A model generated the notes under the pieces. It did no database searches. It was not told the origin of the DNA and worked only from the letters and a program-made list of their open reading frames with translations. A stretch of DNA of 24,000 bases, from the NCBI RefSeq assembly GCF_024508235.1, contig NZ_CP101943.1:1561112-1585111 (forward strand), in the 5' to 3' direction. Source of the stretch: Halococcus qingdaonensis. Lineage in GTDB: Archaea; Halobacteriota; Halobacteria; Halobacteriales; Halococcaceae. Made by a program: the position numbers and the translations under genes. Within the stretch, counting starts at the first letter, position 1. Each line of letters opens with the position of its first letter. Of the stretch, positions 23,196-24,000 are shown piece after piece.

Positions 23196-24000
23196 TCAGC
23201 CCCTCCGTGGCCCGACGGCCTCGCGCGGCGGGCGTTCGGGGTTCGGCATCGGTTTTCGCTCGGGTGGATCGGGGCCGTCGCGCCAGTCGCCGCGGGGATA
23301 CTCGCCGAGTTCAGCCTGGAGATACTGCTTGCCGAGCGAGAGCGTCAGCCACGGGTCGCCGACGCCGGTCATGAGATCACCGAGCATGCCGTCGTCGGTG
23401 AGGCTACCCGGACGGGACGACGAGACGTCGTTGTTCGCGAAGCGGTTGCCGTCGCGGACGGGTGCACCGAGCGCGAGATCGGCCCGGCCGGAATCCGCGA
23501 CGCGATTGTCGTGGACACGGTTGCCGCCCGGTCGCCAGAGGTTCGCGTCGATCATCGGGATGGCACCGATGCCGAAGTTGACGTGGCCGGTGACGTCGTT
23601 GTCGACGATCTCGTTGTCCCGCCCGCCGGCGACGTTGATCCCGGTGCCGAAGGCCGCGTAGCCGAACGCCTTCGCCGGCGCGTCGGCGTTGTTGTTGTCG
23701 TAGACCTCGTTGTTTTCGATGCGCATGGCTGACTGCGGCGCGAGCGCCTCCGAATCGAGCGTGTTCGGAACGATGCCGCCCATGTTGTGCCGCCACACCG
23801 AGTTCCTGAGAACGAGATTGCCGCCGGCGTTGGTGCCGGAGTAGCCGATCCCGTTGCGCTCGGCGACGACGTTCTCGACGCGTGCGTGCGAGGGGTTCGA
23901 CTGACCAATGTAGAAGCCCGAGTCTGGATGGCCGGCCGCGTACGAGTGCTCGAAGCGACCGTTGACCGAATCGAACGCGTACAGGCCGTAATCGCCGTTG
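23196..24000 (-). CDS. Right-handed parallel beta-helix repeat protein (NosD-like), 5'-truncated by the window edge
   Basis: The frame stays open to base 24000. My hand translation upstream of the track ORF is NGDYGLYAFDSVNGRFEHSYAAGHPDSGFYIGQSNPSHARVENVVAERNGIGYSGTNAGGNLVLRNSVW. Periodic N/D-G-containing ~22-aa repeats follow (NNEVYDNN, GRDNEIVDNDV, GGNRVHDNRV, DGNRFANNDV). Confidence 0.7.
   Translation of the reverse strand, partial: NGDYGLYAFDSVNGRFEHSYAAGHPDSGFYIGQSNPSHARVENVVAERNGIGYSGTNAGGNLVLRNSVWRHNMGGIVPNTLDSEALAPQSAMRIENNEVYDNNNADAPAKAFGYAAFGTGINVAGGRDNEIVDNDVTGHVNFGIGAIPMIDANLWRPGGNRVHDNRVADSGRADLALGAPVRDGNRFANNDVSSSRPGSLTDDGMLGDLMTGVGDPWLTLSLGKQYLQAELGEYPRGDWRDGPDPPERKPMPNPERPPREAVGPRRG

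Noticed and set aside
1-24000. A scan for CRISPR repeats, IS elements or terminal inverted repeats, integrases, toxin-antitoxin pairs, or known defence-system genes
   Set aside because: I saw no regularly spaced repeats and no transposase, integrase, nuclease or helicase-like ORFs. There are no compositional islands other than short AT-rich promoter spacers. The window looks like conserved core genome.

Overview
This window reads as a core chromosomal segment of a GC-rich haloarchaeon. The class Halobacteria is inferred from very acidic predicted proteins, G/C-dominated third codon positions, archaeosortase A with a PGF-CTERM substrate, a fibrillarin-Nop5 operon, and archaeal-type CobY/CbiZ. 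I can support 25 protein-coding genes and one tRNA. I see no rRNA, CRISPR array, transposase/integrase or other mobile element.

Gene order, left to right:
- 5'-truncated polytopic membrane protein (DUF2079/GT-C-like)
- HPP membrane domain fused to tandem USP domains
- tRNA-Thr(CGU)
- trm5
- dph5
- artA (archaeosortase A), directly downstream of a heavily sequon-decorated PGF-CTERM surface glycoprotein
- nop5-flpA operon
- Tat-signal ferritin-like protein
- cydA-cydB plus a translationally coupled 90-aa membrane ORF
- divergent wHTH regulator plus a coupled 92-aa membrane protein
- orphan FecCD/BtuC-type permease
- LOG-family protein
- M48 (HtpX-like) peptidase
- cobalamin salvage and nucleotide-loop cluster: cobA, then cbiB-cobS-cobY-cobD-cbiZ
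- a membrane protein tightly coupled to a 5'-truncated parallel beta-helix (NosD-like) protein

The other long ORFs in the six-frame track are Arg/Pro/Gly-rich shadow frames of these genes.

I found no clear-cut novel multi-gene system. The items most worth a second look are:
1. An uncharacterised beta domain shared by the PGF-CTERM glycoprotein and the Tat-exported ferritin-like protein.
2. The 90-aa ORF overlapping the cydB stop, a candidate extra bd-oxidase subunit.
3. The wHTH plus small-membrane-protein pair divergent from cydAB, with palindromes in the shared intergenic region.
4. The orphan corrinoid-type permease, which has a long apparently non-coding leader.

All family assignments come from motif recognition by eye. 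No searches were run.
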